Counted from the first letter of the stretch, positions 13,274 to 24,639 are shown. The stretch is DNA of 64,000 nucleotides from Octopus sinensis (GCF_006345805.1 NW_021832272.1:1-64000), one strand, 5' to 3'. Translations and numbers: made by a program. Notes: generated by a model not told the origin, from the sequence alone.

Positions 13274-14221
13274 ATGACGAAAATGGTGAGCAGTTTAGAG
13301 ACAAACAACGATTTTAATTTCTCGGACAAAGGTAACAGTTCTACTTCGGTGATAAACAGGTCAAAGAATAGAAAGAGCTGTTCAGAACAACAGCAACAAC
13401 AACAGCAGCAACAGCAACAACAACAACAACAACAAAAATCCTCAAACAAAAGAACTGAAAAAGAGCTCCAGGAACCAAGCAATGTTCACGTCTTGATCCT
13501 CTTCATCCTCTTCCTTCTGTTTGTGTTTTTTTACACGGGTCTCCGCGTCTACCTTCGACCGACGAAAGCCCCAATACCTGTTACTGTGAATACTTTTCAA
13601 GAGTACCTCACTGAAATACAACAGATAAAGTACATGTACTTCACTCAGACAGAGGAATTCTGGAACATTCTGAAAGACAATGCGCAGCAGTTTCTGATGA
13701 CTGGCAAAGAACCTAAAACCCCTGCTGCCGTCATGGTGATCCTTCCTGCTGGTGAGAGGCAGTTGGCTGTTTGCCTCTTGGATTACTGGTCGCAAATCAT
13801 GAACAGACTTTTGAGTAGCCAAATCACAGACTCAGCTTTAGAACCGGTCGTGGACGGTTCTAGTGTAACGTCTTACAAACCTGGACACCAAAGGACAATA
13901 ATATCCGAACAGATTCAACAGTTAGTCGCAAGTGGTCACAAGTCGGTCACCATCAGCAGTTGGGAGCATCTGCACATTGAAACGCTGCAGCTCCTGTGCA
14001 GTATATGCGAGTCAACGAATTTGTTCTACCAGCAAGTGACAGTGGTATTTCTACTGGAGATACCAGATGAAGAGCATCACATTGATAATAAGTCAGAGAT
14101 ACATTCCTACTTGGCTTCAATCTGGAGTCATTTAAAAGATGATCAAGTTAAGAATTTACTACATGTAATAGCTAATAACATTGCCTTTCTAACACCGGAC
14201 GATACTTTCATGGGTTGTTAA
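13274..14221 (+). CDS. TOR1AIP: Torsin-1A-interacting protein-like (LAP1/LULL1 family), type II membrane protein, 315 aa from ATG 13274
   Basis: Non-repetitive ORF with a short N-terminus carrying Q16, one TM helix (VLILFILFLLFVFFYTGL) and a luminal domain. The luminal domain matches human LAP1 motifs in order: QIKYMYFTQTEEFW~QLKNKYQGQDEKLW; PAAVMV..AVCL~PAILLL..LRCL; VDGS~IDGT; SGHKSVTI~NGQNAAVV; ICESTN~YCDHEN; DQVKNLLHVIANN~DKLNGLWSRISH; C-terminal Cys. In-frame TGA codons at 13166 and 13196 lie upstream. Confidence 0.88.
   Translation: MTKMVSSLETNNDFNFSDKGNSSTSVINRSKNRKSCSEQQQQQQQQQQQQQQQQKSSNKRTEKELQEPSNVHVLILFILFLLFVFFYTGLRVYLRPTKAPIPVTVNTFQEYLTEIQQIKYMYFTQTEEFWNILKDNAQQFLMTGKEPKTPAAVMVILPAGERQLAVCLLDYWSQIMNRLLSSQITDSALEPVVDGSSVTSYKPGHQRTIISEQIQQLVASGHKSVTISSWEHLHIETLQLLCSICESTNLFYQQVTVVFLLEIPDEEHHIDNKSEIHSYLASIWSHLKDDQVKNLLHVIANNIAFLTPDDTFMGC
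13388..13435 (+). repeat. Coding CAA/CAG repeat (polyQ16)
   Basis: 16 consecutive CAA/CAG codons in the TOR1AIP-like frame. Confidence 0.9.
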
Positions 14222-14382
14222 GGTTTATGGTAACATGGAGGACATCTGTAATGTTCACCTTCCACACACAAATTCCTTCCTTAATCAATCGTGTGTTTAT
14301 GTGATACAAAGGAACCTGTAATTTTCACTTCATACAAATTCTCAAGGGTTTGCTTAAGTGTGTGTATGTGTATGTGTATATA

Positions 14383-14438
<56 letters not shown>

Positions 14439-14486
14439 TATTAAATTCTAAATATCTCAGAGAGATATGAGCGGTGGTGGAATGAT

Positions 14487-14687
14487 AGAGCGGTTATATA
14501 CTGTCAACTTTCCTGTGTACTTATATTTACGAAGGGGAGGGGGTGCTTGTCTCCCCTTCGTAAATATAAGGACTCAGGAAATGTGTCAAAGCCGACAGGA
14601 AGCGTTGATGCTTCCTAGGGCTAAATAGCGGTGGTGTGATTCTTTTTACGGGACTGTCATGTTAAGTTGACAGTATACAACCGCTCT
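14487..14687. mobile_element. MITE-like fold-back element with internal hairpins, just 3' of the TOR1AIP-like stop codon
   Basis: Terminal IR agagcggttatatactgtcaactt / aagttgacagtatacaaccgctct; internal perfect 20-bp stem cttatatttacgaaggggag / ctccccttcgtaaatataag; small stem aggaagc/gcttcct. Confidence 0.65.
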
Positions 14688-14723
14688 CTCTCTCTCTCTC
14701 TCTCTCTCCTCTCTCTCTCGCTC

Positions 14724-14756
<33 letters not shown>

Positions 14757-15019
14757 GTACATGTATATATGTATGTATGTCTGTGTTTCTCCTGCCATTG
14801 CTGCTTGACAACAAATGTTGGTGTGTTTATGTCCCCCTGTAATTTAGTAGTTCAGCAAAGGAGTCTGATAGAATACCAAGTTTTAAAGATTATGCACTGG
14901 GGTTGATTCAGTCAACTAAAAATTCTTCGAAGTGGTGCCCCAGCATGGCCGCAGTCTAATGTCTGAAACAAGTAAAAGATAAAATATAAAAATTACATAC
15001 TATATATATGATGTGTGTG

Positions 15020-15412
15020 CGTGGCTGTGTGGTAAGTAGCTTGTTTACCAACCGCATGGTTCCGGGTTCAGTCCCACTGCGTGGCACCTTGGGCAAGTGT
15101 CTTCTACTATAGCCTCGGCCCGACCAAAGCCTTGTGAGTGGATTTGGTAGACGGAAACTGAAAGAAGCCTGTCGTATATATGTATATATATGTGTGTGTA
15201 TATTTGTGTGTCTGTGTTTGTCCCCTTAGCATTGCTTGACAACCGATGCTGGTGTGTTTACGTCCCCGTTACTTAGTGGTTCGGCAAAGAGACCGATAGA
15301 ATAAGTACTGGGCTTACAAAGAATAAGTCCCGGGGTCGATTTGCTCGACTAAAGGCGGTGCTCCAGCATGGCCGCAGTGAAATGACTGAAACAAGTAAAA
15401 GAGTAAAGGAGT
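15020..15412 (+). mobile_element. SINE family A, near full length
   Basis: gtggctgtgtggtaagtagcttg...ggttcagtccc...gactgaaacaagtaaaagag. Confidence 0.9.
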
Positions 15413-15754
15413 ATATATGTATAAGTATATTATGTATATATATCATATATATATATATGTATGTGTACCCATTCAGTGTTAATTGTCTGAAGAAAAAGTA
15501 CTCAATACCCTCGTAGAGATTAATAATATTTCATTTTGGTTGTTGCTCTGAGTTTTACCTGTGGATGCTTAGAGTTTTCAGGCAAGTTTTGACTCATAAT
15601 TTGTGTGAAGACTGTGTTCACTCACAGGCAAGACTCAGCGTAGAGACTCAGAGTTGATCAAACTGAAAATATGATACATATATATTTTTAAATGTGTATG
15701 TGTGTGCCACATATATGTAATATGAACATCGTGTATATATATATATATATATTT

Positions 15755-16025
15755 TTTCGACCAGACCATCAGATGTTGTTACACATCGCTGGTCACAATG
15801 CATTCGCATTGTTTTAGCCTTCGAATGACGCCACCCCGCTGGCTAAGCGAGCAGGCCAACAGAAGAAAGAGTGGTGAAAGAGTACAGCAGGGATCACCAC
15901 CCCCTGCCGGAGCCTCGTGGAGCTTTAAGGTGTTTTCGCTCAATAAACACTCACAACGCCCGGTCTGGGAATCGAAACCGCGATCCTGTGACCGTGAGTC
16001 CGCTGCCCTAACCACTAGGCCATTA
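15755..16025 (-). mobile_element. tRNA-derived SINE family C (head shared with the 58016 copy)
   Basis: Minus strand reads tggcctagtggttagggcagcggactcacggtc..ggtttcgattccc (A/B boxes). Confidence 0.75.
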
Positions 16026-16044
16026 CATACATATATATATATGC

Positions 16045-16691
16045 AACATATGGTATAATTATAAACAGGGCAAATTTTAGCCATTTCTCTGCAGACTGAA
16101 AAAAAAAATGTACAACCTTATTTGATTTTTAAACTTTATTAGGTTCTCATCAGAAGGGTCCTCATCATTTTAAACAGTCTCCATAGTAACAAGCAACCAA
16201 ACTGTTTATATATTCAATAAATGCAGCAGTTTCTCTATGAAGAAGTTCCTAATTTGCATATCAAAAGTGTTTAACACTCTATAAATACCTATTTCTTTAC
16301 TGTCCACAAGGGGCTACACACACAGGGGACAAACGGATTAAGTCGATTACATCGACCCCAGTGCGTAACTGGTACTTAATTTATCGACCCTGAAAGGATG
16401 AAAGGCAAAGTCGACCTCGGCGGAATTTGAACTCAGAACATAGTGGCAGACGAAATACGGCTACGTATTTCGTCCGGCGTGCTAATGTTTCTGCCAGCTT
16501 GCTGCCTTATAAATACCACTCTCTAAATACCAGCAGCCTGTCAACAGGGATCGTAATCCATACAGTATCAAGGTATGGTATAGTATACGTATAACATGTG
16601 GTATAATTATAAGCGGGGCAAATTTTAGCCATTTCTCTGCAGGCTGAAAAAATGATGAACTACCTTAATTGATTTCCAAGCCTTATTGAGT

Positions 16692-16697
<6 letters not shown>
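16045..16697 (+). repeat. Diverged direct duplication of about 105 bp (16045-16149 and 16593-16697)
   Basis: aacatatggtataattataa..ggcaaattttagccatttctctgcag..gttctcat occurs twice. Confidence 0.8.
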
Positions 16698-16726
<29 letters not shown>

Positions 16727-16731
<5 letters not shown>

Positions 16732-17308
16732 AATATTAGGGAATAAATCCAAACTTACAGGGAAAAGTCAGATTTAGGATTGAATCCAATTTTATAGTAA
16801 AATATTATATTATATTAAATTAGAGATAAAACCACTATTAGGCAAATCATACAATGAAAAACTTAAGCCAATACATAAGATTATTTAATTTATATTATTT
16901 AAATATATAACAAAATTATTAAAAAAATATAATTAATATAACACTACGATCGTTTCATGGCTGTTAATTTCTTTAAATTTTCGAGTTACAGTCATTCATC
17001 AGGTGGTTTAAATATTTAACTTGGCGAGGTTTAATCAATGAATGACTGTAACTCGAAAATTTAAAGAAATTAACAGCCATGAAACGATCGTAGTGTTATA
17101 TTAATTATATTTTTTAAATAATTTTGTTATATATTTAAATAATATAAATTAAATAATCTTATGTATTGGCTTAAGTTTTTCATTGTATGATTTGCCTAAT
17201 AGTGGTTTTATCTCTAATTTAATATAATATAATATTTTACTATAAAATTGGATTCAATCCTAAATCTGACTTTTCCCTGTAAGTTTGGATTTATTCCCTA
17301 ATATTTAT

Positions 17309-17310
<2 letters not shown>
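16727..17310. mobile_element. Near-perfect 273-bp inverted repeat (arms 16727-16999 and 17038-17310) inserted in (TA)n; Penelope-type inverted pseudo-LTR carrying a hammerhead
   Basis: The arms are reverse complements with about one mismatch; both flanks are (TA)n; a hammerhead core lies next to the spacer. Confidence 0.8.
16942..17005 (-). ncRNA. Minimal type I hammerhead ribozyme motif
   Basis: Minus strand: cac CUGAUGA augacugu..acagccau GAAA CGAUCG UA gug. It has the canonical core, a palindromic stem III and a GUA cleavage triplet. Confidence 0.75.
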
Positions 17311-17339
<29 letters not shown>

Positions 17340-17675
17340 ATGTATGTATATGCTTAAGTTTGTAAGCAAACTCTTACAAACAGAACAGGATTGCAAGGAC
17401 ACAAGAAAAACGTGAACTATGCACGTCCAGAGCCAAACCCCTGCCTTTAGTCACTGCTGGTCACCAATGCCTGACCTACAGCAGGGCCTTCCAAGCATGC
17501 ATCAGACTGATTGGCCTCAGATGGACACACCAAGCCCTGTCTTTTTCTCCCATATGATACCCTTGGTCATTGTCAACAACAATGGACAAACTAATAATAA
17601 TAATAATAATATATGTGTGTGTGTCTTTATAAATATGTATGCATGTGTATATTATATGTATGTATATATATAATG

Positions 17676-17706
<31 letters not shown>

Positions 17707-17790
17707 ATATATATATATTATGTATATATATATATATATATATATACTACAAAATTAGAAAATGGAGAAACATACTTAAATCAATAAAAC

Positions 17791-17823
<33 letters not shown>

Positions 17824-18109
17824 CATATGTACATATATGTTTATTTTTAATGTCTCTGCTTGCTTATGAAGTGTTCAGGTGAATGGTAACACTTGTTACA
17901 GGTATTTTTCTTTTACAGAATATTTAGTTAACATTCCACAACAGATTCATAAGATTGGACTACAAAGGAACAATGTATAATCTGCTGCTTTCTCTCAAAA
18001 TACAGAAGAAAACAACAGATTTTATTTATTTACAATAAAAAGTGAAAAAAAGAAAAAGAAGTTACCAATTTCTTTGGTTATATTGGTATATATGCTACCT
18101 GTATAAATA

Positions 18110-18432
18110 GGGTACGGGTAAAGACCCCCTTCGGTCATGAATGACCATGGGATTGCACCTGGAAAGTTTCCCTCAAAGGCTCAAGTCCGGGGAAGGTTGT
18201 TTATGGAAGACCAGCAGTCGCCCATGCATGCCAGCCTCCTCTCTCCATTCCACTGATGTTATCTAAAAGAACGGCAAAGGGGCCGATACAGCTTGGTATC
18301 AGTGATGTCGCAACTCATTTCTACAGCTGAGTGAACTGGTGTAATATGAAATAAAGAGTCTTGCTCAAGAGCACAACATACAGCTTGGTTCAGGAGTTGA
18401 ACTCACTACCTCATGGTTCTGGGTTTAATGCT
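18110..18432 (-). mobile_element. tRNA/CORE-type SINE with an RTE-like 3' tail
   Basis: Minus strand: gagttcaactcc B box, gtgctcttgagcaagac CORE-like motif, tail ggggtctttacccgtacc. Confidence 0.6.
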
Positions 18433-18437
18433 ATTGT

Positions 18438-18690
18438 ATGACACCTTGGACAAGTCTTTTACTATGGCCTTGGGCTGTCCAAAGCCTTGTGAGTGGATTT
18501 GGTAAATGGAAACTTAAAGAAGCTCATCGTGTGAATATATATATATATATATATATATAAAGAGACCTATGAAATAAGTACTAGGCTTACAAAGAATAAG
18601 TCCTGGGGTCGATTTCTTCAGCTAAAAATCCCTTTAAGGCATGCTCCAGCATGGCCGCAGCCAAAAGTAACTGAAACAAGTAAAAGAATA
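18438..18690 (+). mobile_element. Degenerate SINE family A copy with an internal deletion
   Basis: caccttggacaag..aaagccttgtgagtggatttgg..gctccagcatggccgcag. Confidence 0.75.
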
Positions 18691-18729
18691 TATATATATA
18701 TATATATATATATAACATATATGTATGTA

Positions 18730-18770
<41 letters not shown>

Positions 18771-18774
18771 AGAA

Positions 18775-19625
18775 CCTTCAATGAAAAATGTTGCCTGATT
18801 AATGTAGCTAAATTGGAAATTGGGCTGGTGATTAAGCATATTTTGAGGAAGATGACAACATTAGCTATTCGCTATTGTGGGCTTATATCAAAAAGGTTCC
18901 TAGAAATGATACTATTTTTGCTAAAGAGTTGACTGATGTTAGTTATAAGGATATAGAAGCAATAGTGACCGCCAGAAAAACCCTTTTGTTCAATAAAGGT
19001 TCAGCATTGGTCAAAAGAACTGGCCAAGAAGGTTCCTTCGACATGGCAATGGAGTGGATATCAATGACCTCATAAGATAATATATACTTGACACCTTATG
19101 TGATTTCTGTCATAGAGGTGATACCTGAGCCACCTGTAGATGCACAAGTGGACATACCCTGGATAGATTAAGAAAGGACCTGATTTATATACTTAACTTC
19201 TCCAGTCTCAAGGTTTCCATTGAAACCGACCTTACCATTGTTAATTTTTAAAGTTACACATGGTTTAGGCTCTGCCTTACATAGGTCCTACAGTAAACCA
19301 AATGAAAGGCTTTCATATATCAATAGAATCTCCTGCCACCCACCTATTGTGTTTAAGAAGCCTGTGAAAGATTACAGTAAGAGGATTTCAAACTTGTCCT
19401 CAAATAAAGATGGTTTTGATGCAGCAGCCCCCAGCGAGTCTAAGAGCTGCATCATCTACATGCCAAGAGCTCCCACCCATGAAAGAAAGTACCATCATAA
19501 AATCATTTGATTTGTTCTACCCTTCTCACTCAATCTCAAAACCTTTGTGGGAAAGGTTTCCTTAGATTAGTAGATAAGCATTTCACACAGTTCCATAGAT
19601 ATAAGAGATTATTTATCAGACCACA
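18775..19625 (+). mobile_element. Degenerate Penelope-like element reverse-transcriptase fragment
   Basis: Broken frames give KCCLINVAKLEIGLVIKHIL, ARKTLLFNKGSALVKR..FDMAM, YSKPNERLSYINRISCHPP and KII*FVLPFSLNLKT..LVDKHF, all matching PLE RT motifs. Confidence 0.8.
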
Positions 19626-20499
19626 TTCAGCTGTGTGTAGATAATATCTAAACGCCATTTGGTAACACTACAAAATCTCTCTCTTCTGTAACTGTCTTTT
19701 CGCAAGGGAGATAACTTTAAATTGTATATGAATTATTTCCCTTGCATCATTTGCTCTTTGTGTTTTAGAATTATTTTTTTAACGTCTATTTTGTACGTGA
19801 AGTCGGTAAGTAGGGCTGCTTCTTTATGTTTTGAAGACGACCACAAGCAGCTTTATCAGTGAGGTGATGGCGAGAGCAGCTTTCCTATAATTACAGTACA
19901 ACGTTCTCAATATTACACTGCGAATAAGGTGGCAAGTTGGCAGAAAGGTAAGCACGCCGGGCGAAATGCTTAGCCGTATTTCGTCTGTCTTTACGTTCTG
20001 AGTTCAAATTCCGCCGAGGTCGACTTTGCCTTCATCCTTTCGGAGTCGATTAAATAAGTACCAGTTGCGCACTGGGTCGATATAATCGACTTAATTCGTT
20101 TGTCTGTCCTTGTTTGTCCTCTCTGTGTTTAGCCCCTTGTGGGTAGTAAAGAAATAGAAATAGGTATTTCGTCTGACTTTGTGTTCTGAGTTCAAATTCC
20201 GCCGAGGTCGACTTTGCCTTTCATAATTTCGGAGTCGATAAATTAAGTACCAGTTGCGTACTGGGGTCGATCTAATCGACTGGCCTCCTCCCCCAAAATT
20301 TCGACCTTTGTACCTAGAATAGAACAGAATATTACACCGCGAATGGATGGTGCATCGGTAGGTTTGGTTGAACAGCAACACCAAATACTTCGCCATAATT
20401 AGTTACCACGCCGTTTTATTTATTTATTTATTTAGTTAGTTAGTTCGTTCAAATCGCACAGAAATCAGCTTTACTTTTCAACCTTCTGAGGTCGATAAT

Positions 20500-20640
20500 C
20501 GAAAATTTTCACCATGAATTTTTCGAAAATTTTACCCAAAAATTTTTCTAAAATTTTACCCAGAAAATTTTCGAAAATTTTCACCTAAAATTTTACCCAA
20601 AAATTTTCACCAGCAATTTTTCGAAAATTTTACCCAAAAA
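20500..20640. repeat. Short tandem repeat of aaaattttcacc / cgaaaattttaccc-like units
   Basis: Visible tandem reiteration. Confidence 0.8.
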
Positions 20641-20893
20641 CCCTCTACTAATCTACTTAATACTACTTGTGCCATACATAACATGCCACCAATATCACGC
20701 CTCACCTCACACAGAAATCTCGTTTATTATCTTTATAATGGAATGGAAGATTTAAGATACCTGTGGAGTATCTCCTTCTCCCATTATAATTATTTTGTAG
20801 TTTCAAAGGTCTGGAACACGAAGAAGACAAAAATTCGCATGAGTCTCAGTTCATACAGCAAATTACTCGTACTGTGAGGTTCTACTGTATATT

Positions 20894-20947
<54 letters not shown>

Positions 20948-20960
20948 TATATATATATAT

Positions 20961-21163
20961 GACCGCGTGTGTACCGTTGGAGATTTTTTTTCCTCTGTCT
21001 TCCCTTCTCTGGATCTTTCCTTCTCCTATGTTTCCGACGAAGAGCTCCGCTCAAAACGTTAAACCCTCCTTCTTCCTTCTTTCCTGAGCGTCCAATAATA
21101 CTATATTTTTCCACGTCCTCGCGTTGTTGTGTTTCTCTTTGTGTTTTCATGTTGGATTAACTT
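20961..21163 (+). mobile_element. Short non-coding hammerhead-bearing repeat (family H); the hammerhead at 21030-21064 has U4C and G12A changes
   Basis: Homologous to 37090-37290 and 48875-49080; flanked by (CA)n/(TA)n. Confidence 0.75.
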
Positions 21164-21259
<96 letters not shown>

Positions 21260-21264
21260 ATATG

Positions 21265-21314
<50 letters not shown>

Positions 21315-21771
21315 TATATATATATGTATATATATATACTTGAACAAAACTTGACTTAAATAGGATTCGAATAATCCTACCAGGTGGTGCTATTAAGTTA
21401 GACATGGCCTGGACCAATCTTTGGTCGAACATATCTAAGTTTATCTAAGTTTATATATATATGTATATGTATATATATATATGTATATGTATACTATTAT
21501 ATGTATTATATATATATATATATGTATAATGTATATATTATGTATAGGTATATATCTTATTATATATATATATATATGTATATGTATATATATATATATG
21601 TATATATATATATGTATATATATATATGTATATGTATATATATATGTATATGTATATGTATATGTATATATATATATATGTATATATATATATGTATAAA
21701 TATATGTATATATATATACATTTTATATATATATATACATTTATATAATATATAATATCAATTCAGTTAAA

Positions 21772-21880
21772 AATGGAGGAGACAAGTTGTTAAAATATAT
21801 AAGTTTAAGCTTCTTATATATTTTACAACTTGTTTCCTCCATGATGAGTTTTATGAGAATTCATTCCATAAATTCATCAT
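21772..21880. repeat. Two adjacent imperfect hairpins; possible decayed PLE pseudo-LTR
   Basis: atggaggagacaagttgttaaaatatataag / cttatatattttacaacttgtttcctccat, then atgatgagttttatg / cataaattcatcat. Confidence 0.55.
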
Positions 21881-22316
21881 ATATTATAGACAAGTTCTGC
21901 TTTCATATCTTCACAAATTTACACCTGTGAACTCCCAGCAAAGTATGAAGAATCAATATCAGAAATCTTTTTTGGAAACCTCCAAAATTAAAGGACGAAT
22001 CCACATTCAACCTTTATACACCTATATACATTTATATATATATATGTTCATATACATGTCCTGTACCAGTGACATGTAAAAGGCACCTGTGATGGTGACA
22101 CATGAAAGGCACTTGTGCCAGTGGCATGTTAAAGATGCATGGTACACTCAGTGGAGTGGTTGGTGTAAGCCACACCAAACAGGAGCCTGGTGAAGATCCT
22201 CTGGCTTACCATTTCCTATCAAACCATCTAATCCGTTCCCACATGGAAAACTGGCTCTAAATGACGATGATAATCACACACACGCACGTATGCACACATG
22301 CATACACACACACACA

Positions 22317-22357
<41 letters not shown>

Positions 22358-22778
22358 CACACACAGAGTGACACACACTTATATATAACCCAATAACCCA
22401 GTATGCATGTAACAGTTTTGTTATTGGGTTACAAGGTGGCGTTGGTAGAGCTTTTGATGAAGGTGGTGGTGGTCATGGTGGGAGTGGCTGTGGTGAGAGT
22501 ATTAACAGCAATAATGGAATTAGCGGTAGCAGTAAAATTGTTACAGATGCATTATTTTTTTATATTGTTGTTGCCGTTGTTGTCGTTAATTCATTGAAGT
22601 GGTTTGTGTCATTATTACAGTCATAGTTAATTAGTAAACTGTAATCTACTTAAAACTGTTTACTAAGGAGAATAAAGTTAGTTAGCTTTTGCTGTAACAG
22701 CAACATTAGCAGCAGCAGTAGTAGTAGTAGTAGTAGTAGTAGTAGTTAGTAGTAGTAGTGGTGGTGGTAGTAGTACTG

Positions 22779-22824
<46 letters not shown>

Positions 22825-23202
22825 CAGCAGTAGTAGCAATAGTAGTAGTAGTAGTAGTAATAATCTGAGATTATAATAAATATATTATATATATGTAATA
22901 CATATATGTATGTATATGGACATCATTGCACATGTATATATCTGTGCATGTACGCGTGTGCGTCTATATATATACACATATACACAAACACACACACAGA
23001 GGGTGATCATCATCCTCATCATCATCACCACCATCAGCATCATCGTCATCATATAAACTAACCGTTTAACCCAGTATGGTGATTACTGTTCATCTTTGCT
23101 TTCAAATCTCCAAGTTTTTTTTCCTAACCAACTCGAAATGTTCTTAACTTGTTTAATCTTCTGCTTTGTTTATTTGATACAGACTTAGAGGTGGTGCCTG
23201 TT

Positions 23203-23248
<46 letters not shown>

Positions 23249-23318
23249 TGTATGCACCCACATCCACCACATATACAAAAACATGAATGACTCTGCATGT
23301 TGTGTGTGTGCATGTATG

Positions 23319-23357
<39 letters not shown>

Positions 23358-23358
<1 letters not shown>

Positions 23359-23501
23359 CGCTAACTTGTCATGCCTAGTCGATCCTTTGTGTTTTTGTGT
23401 TTTATTTACCTTGTTTAAAAAATTATTTACTTTGTATTCTTGTGTTTTATTTACTTTGCTAGGTAGTCGTTGTAGGATCGACTAGTCACGACTAGCTAGC
23501 G
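23358..23501. repeat. Imperfect inverted repeat of about 29 bp at the distal end of the PLE insertion
   Basis: gcgctaacttgtcatgcctagtcgatcct / aggatcgactagtcacgactagctagcgc. Confidence 0.6.
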
Positions 23502-23959
23502 CCGATGCACGACTACGCGAGTGCGCGCATCGGGACCACTGTTCTCAAGTAGTACCCCCACATTCGCCAAAAATAATTTATACATACACGCACACACGCA
23601 CGCACGCAAAAAAAGGTTCATATACACGTCTATATAAGCACATACACGCATGCATACACTAACATACGTCTATATGCGCGCATACCCGCGCACACTCACA
23701 CATCCACACGCACGCACAAAAAGTTTCATATACACGTCTATATACGCAGAGGAAAAATGCAGGGTAGAAGGTAAAATACAGAAAAAATATGTGTAAACAT
23801 TTATATGAGCAATAAAACTATAAAACAATATCTCTATAAATATGTAAAAAAAATATATAAAAAATATATAAGAAATATAAGTAAAAAGTATAGAGAGATA
23901 AAAAGCTTGTACGTAGACACAATATAAAAAGCAAGTCCTATCTGTGATCTCGTGGAGAC

Positions 23960-24285
23960 CAAAAACGTAACAAATATTTAGCCATATGTGGACATGATCT
24001 GAAAAGTTCAGTTCTTGAATTTAGACATGTGGCGAGTCTAAGCTGCTTTTCCAGATGAGCCATCTTTCCATATCACAAAGACCGCACTTTCCACTGCCGT
24101 TAGTTTAGGGCTTACACTTGGCTAAGATCTCCATTGATGTTGTAACTGACACCTTTATCTTTTAAGGATCATATATGACTGGATAGTTTGGTCGTTTTCC
24201 TTTTATCCCAGTACCTGAAGCCCAAGGTATGATTATTGAACCTGGCCTTGAAATTACCCTCTGTAAGGCCCATGTGTGTGTTTCA
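23960..24285 (-). mobile_element. Penelope-like element GIY-YIG endonuclease C-terminal fragment (degenerate)
   Basis: Minus-strand frames give HMGLTEGNFKARFNNH..LSSHI*SLKDKG, ILAKCKP*TNGSGKCGLCDMERWLI and LNSRTELFRSCPH. Confidence 0.8.
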
Positions 24286-24509
24286 AGTGAGGGTGGATGA
24301 GTATATATACGTGGGTTTCCGGGCGCGCATGTGTATGTATGGACATGCGCGCTTACGTGATTGCTATGAACTTTTTTACTCCCTTACCTTTACTCCCTCC
24401 CCTTACTTAGCGGTCATTCTAATAGCTCTTTGTCTTAATAACGGTCAATCATACAGTAATTTCCTTTTGTTTAACGATCATTTTCATAGCATTTTTTTTT
24501 TGATGGTCC

Positions 24510-24575
24510 GATAACTGAAGAGATGCCATGCCGGCGTGGATTTGCACCCCGACATCCGAAACTCGGAGTTTTATC
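24510..24575 (+). ncRNA. Type I hammerhead ribozyme motif in the inverted pseudo-LTR of the PLE
   Basis: gauaa CUGAAGA gaug..cauc(c) GAAA CUCGGAG UU uuauc. Stem I is 5 bp, stem III is near-palindromic (ACUC-g-GAGU), and predicted cleavage is after GUU at 24570. Confidence 0.75.
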
Positions 24576-24639
24576 ATGGCTACCGACTAATTGTCACATA
24601 TTATATTTACAGATAAATTCATATATATATATATATATG

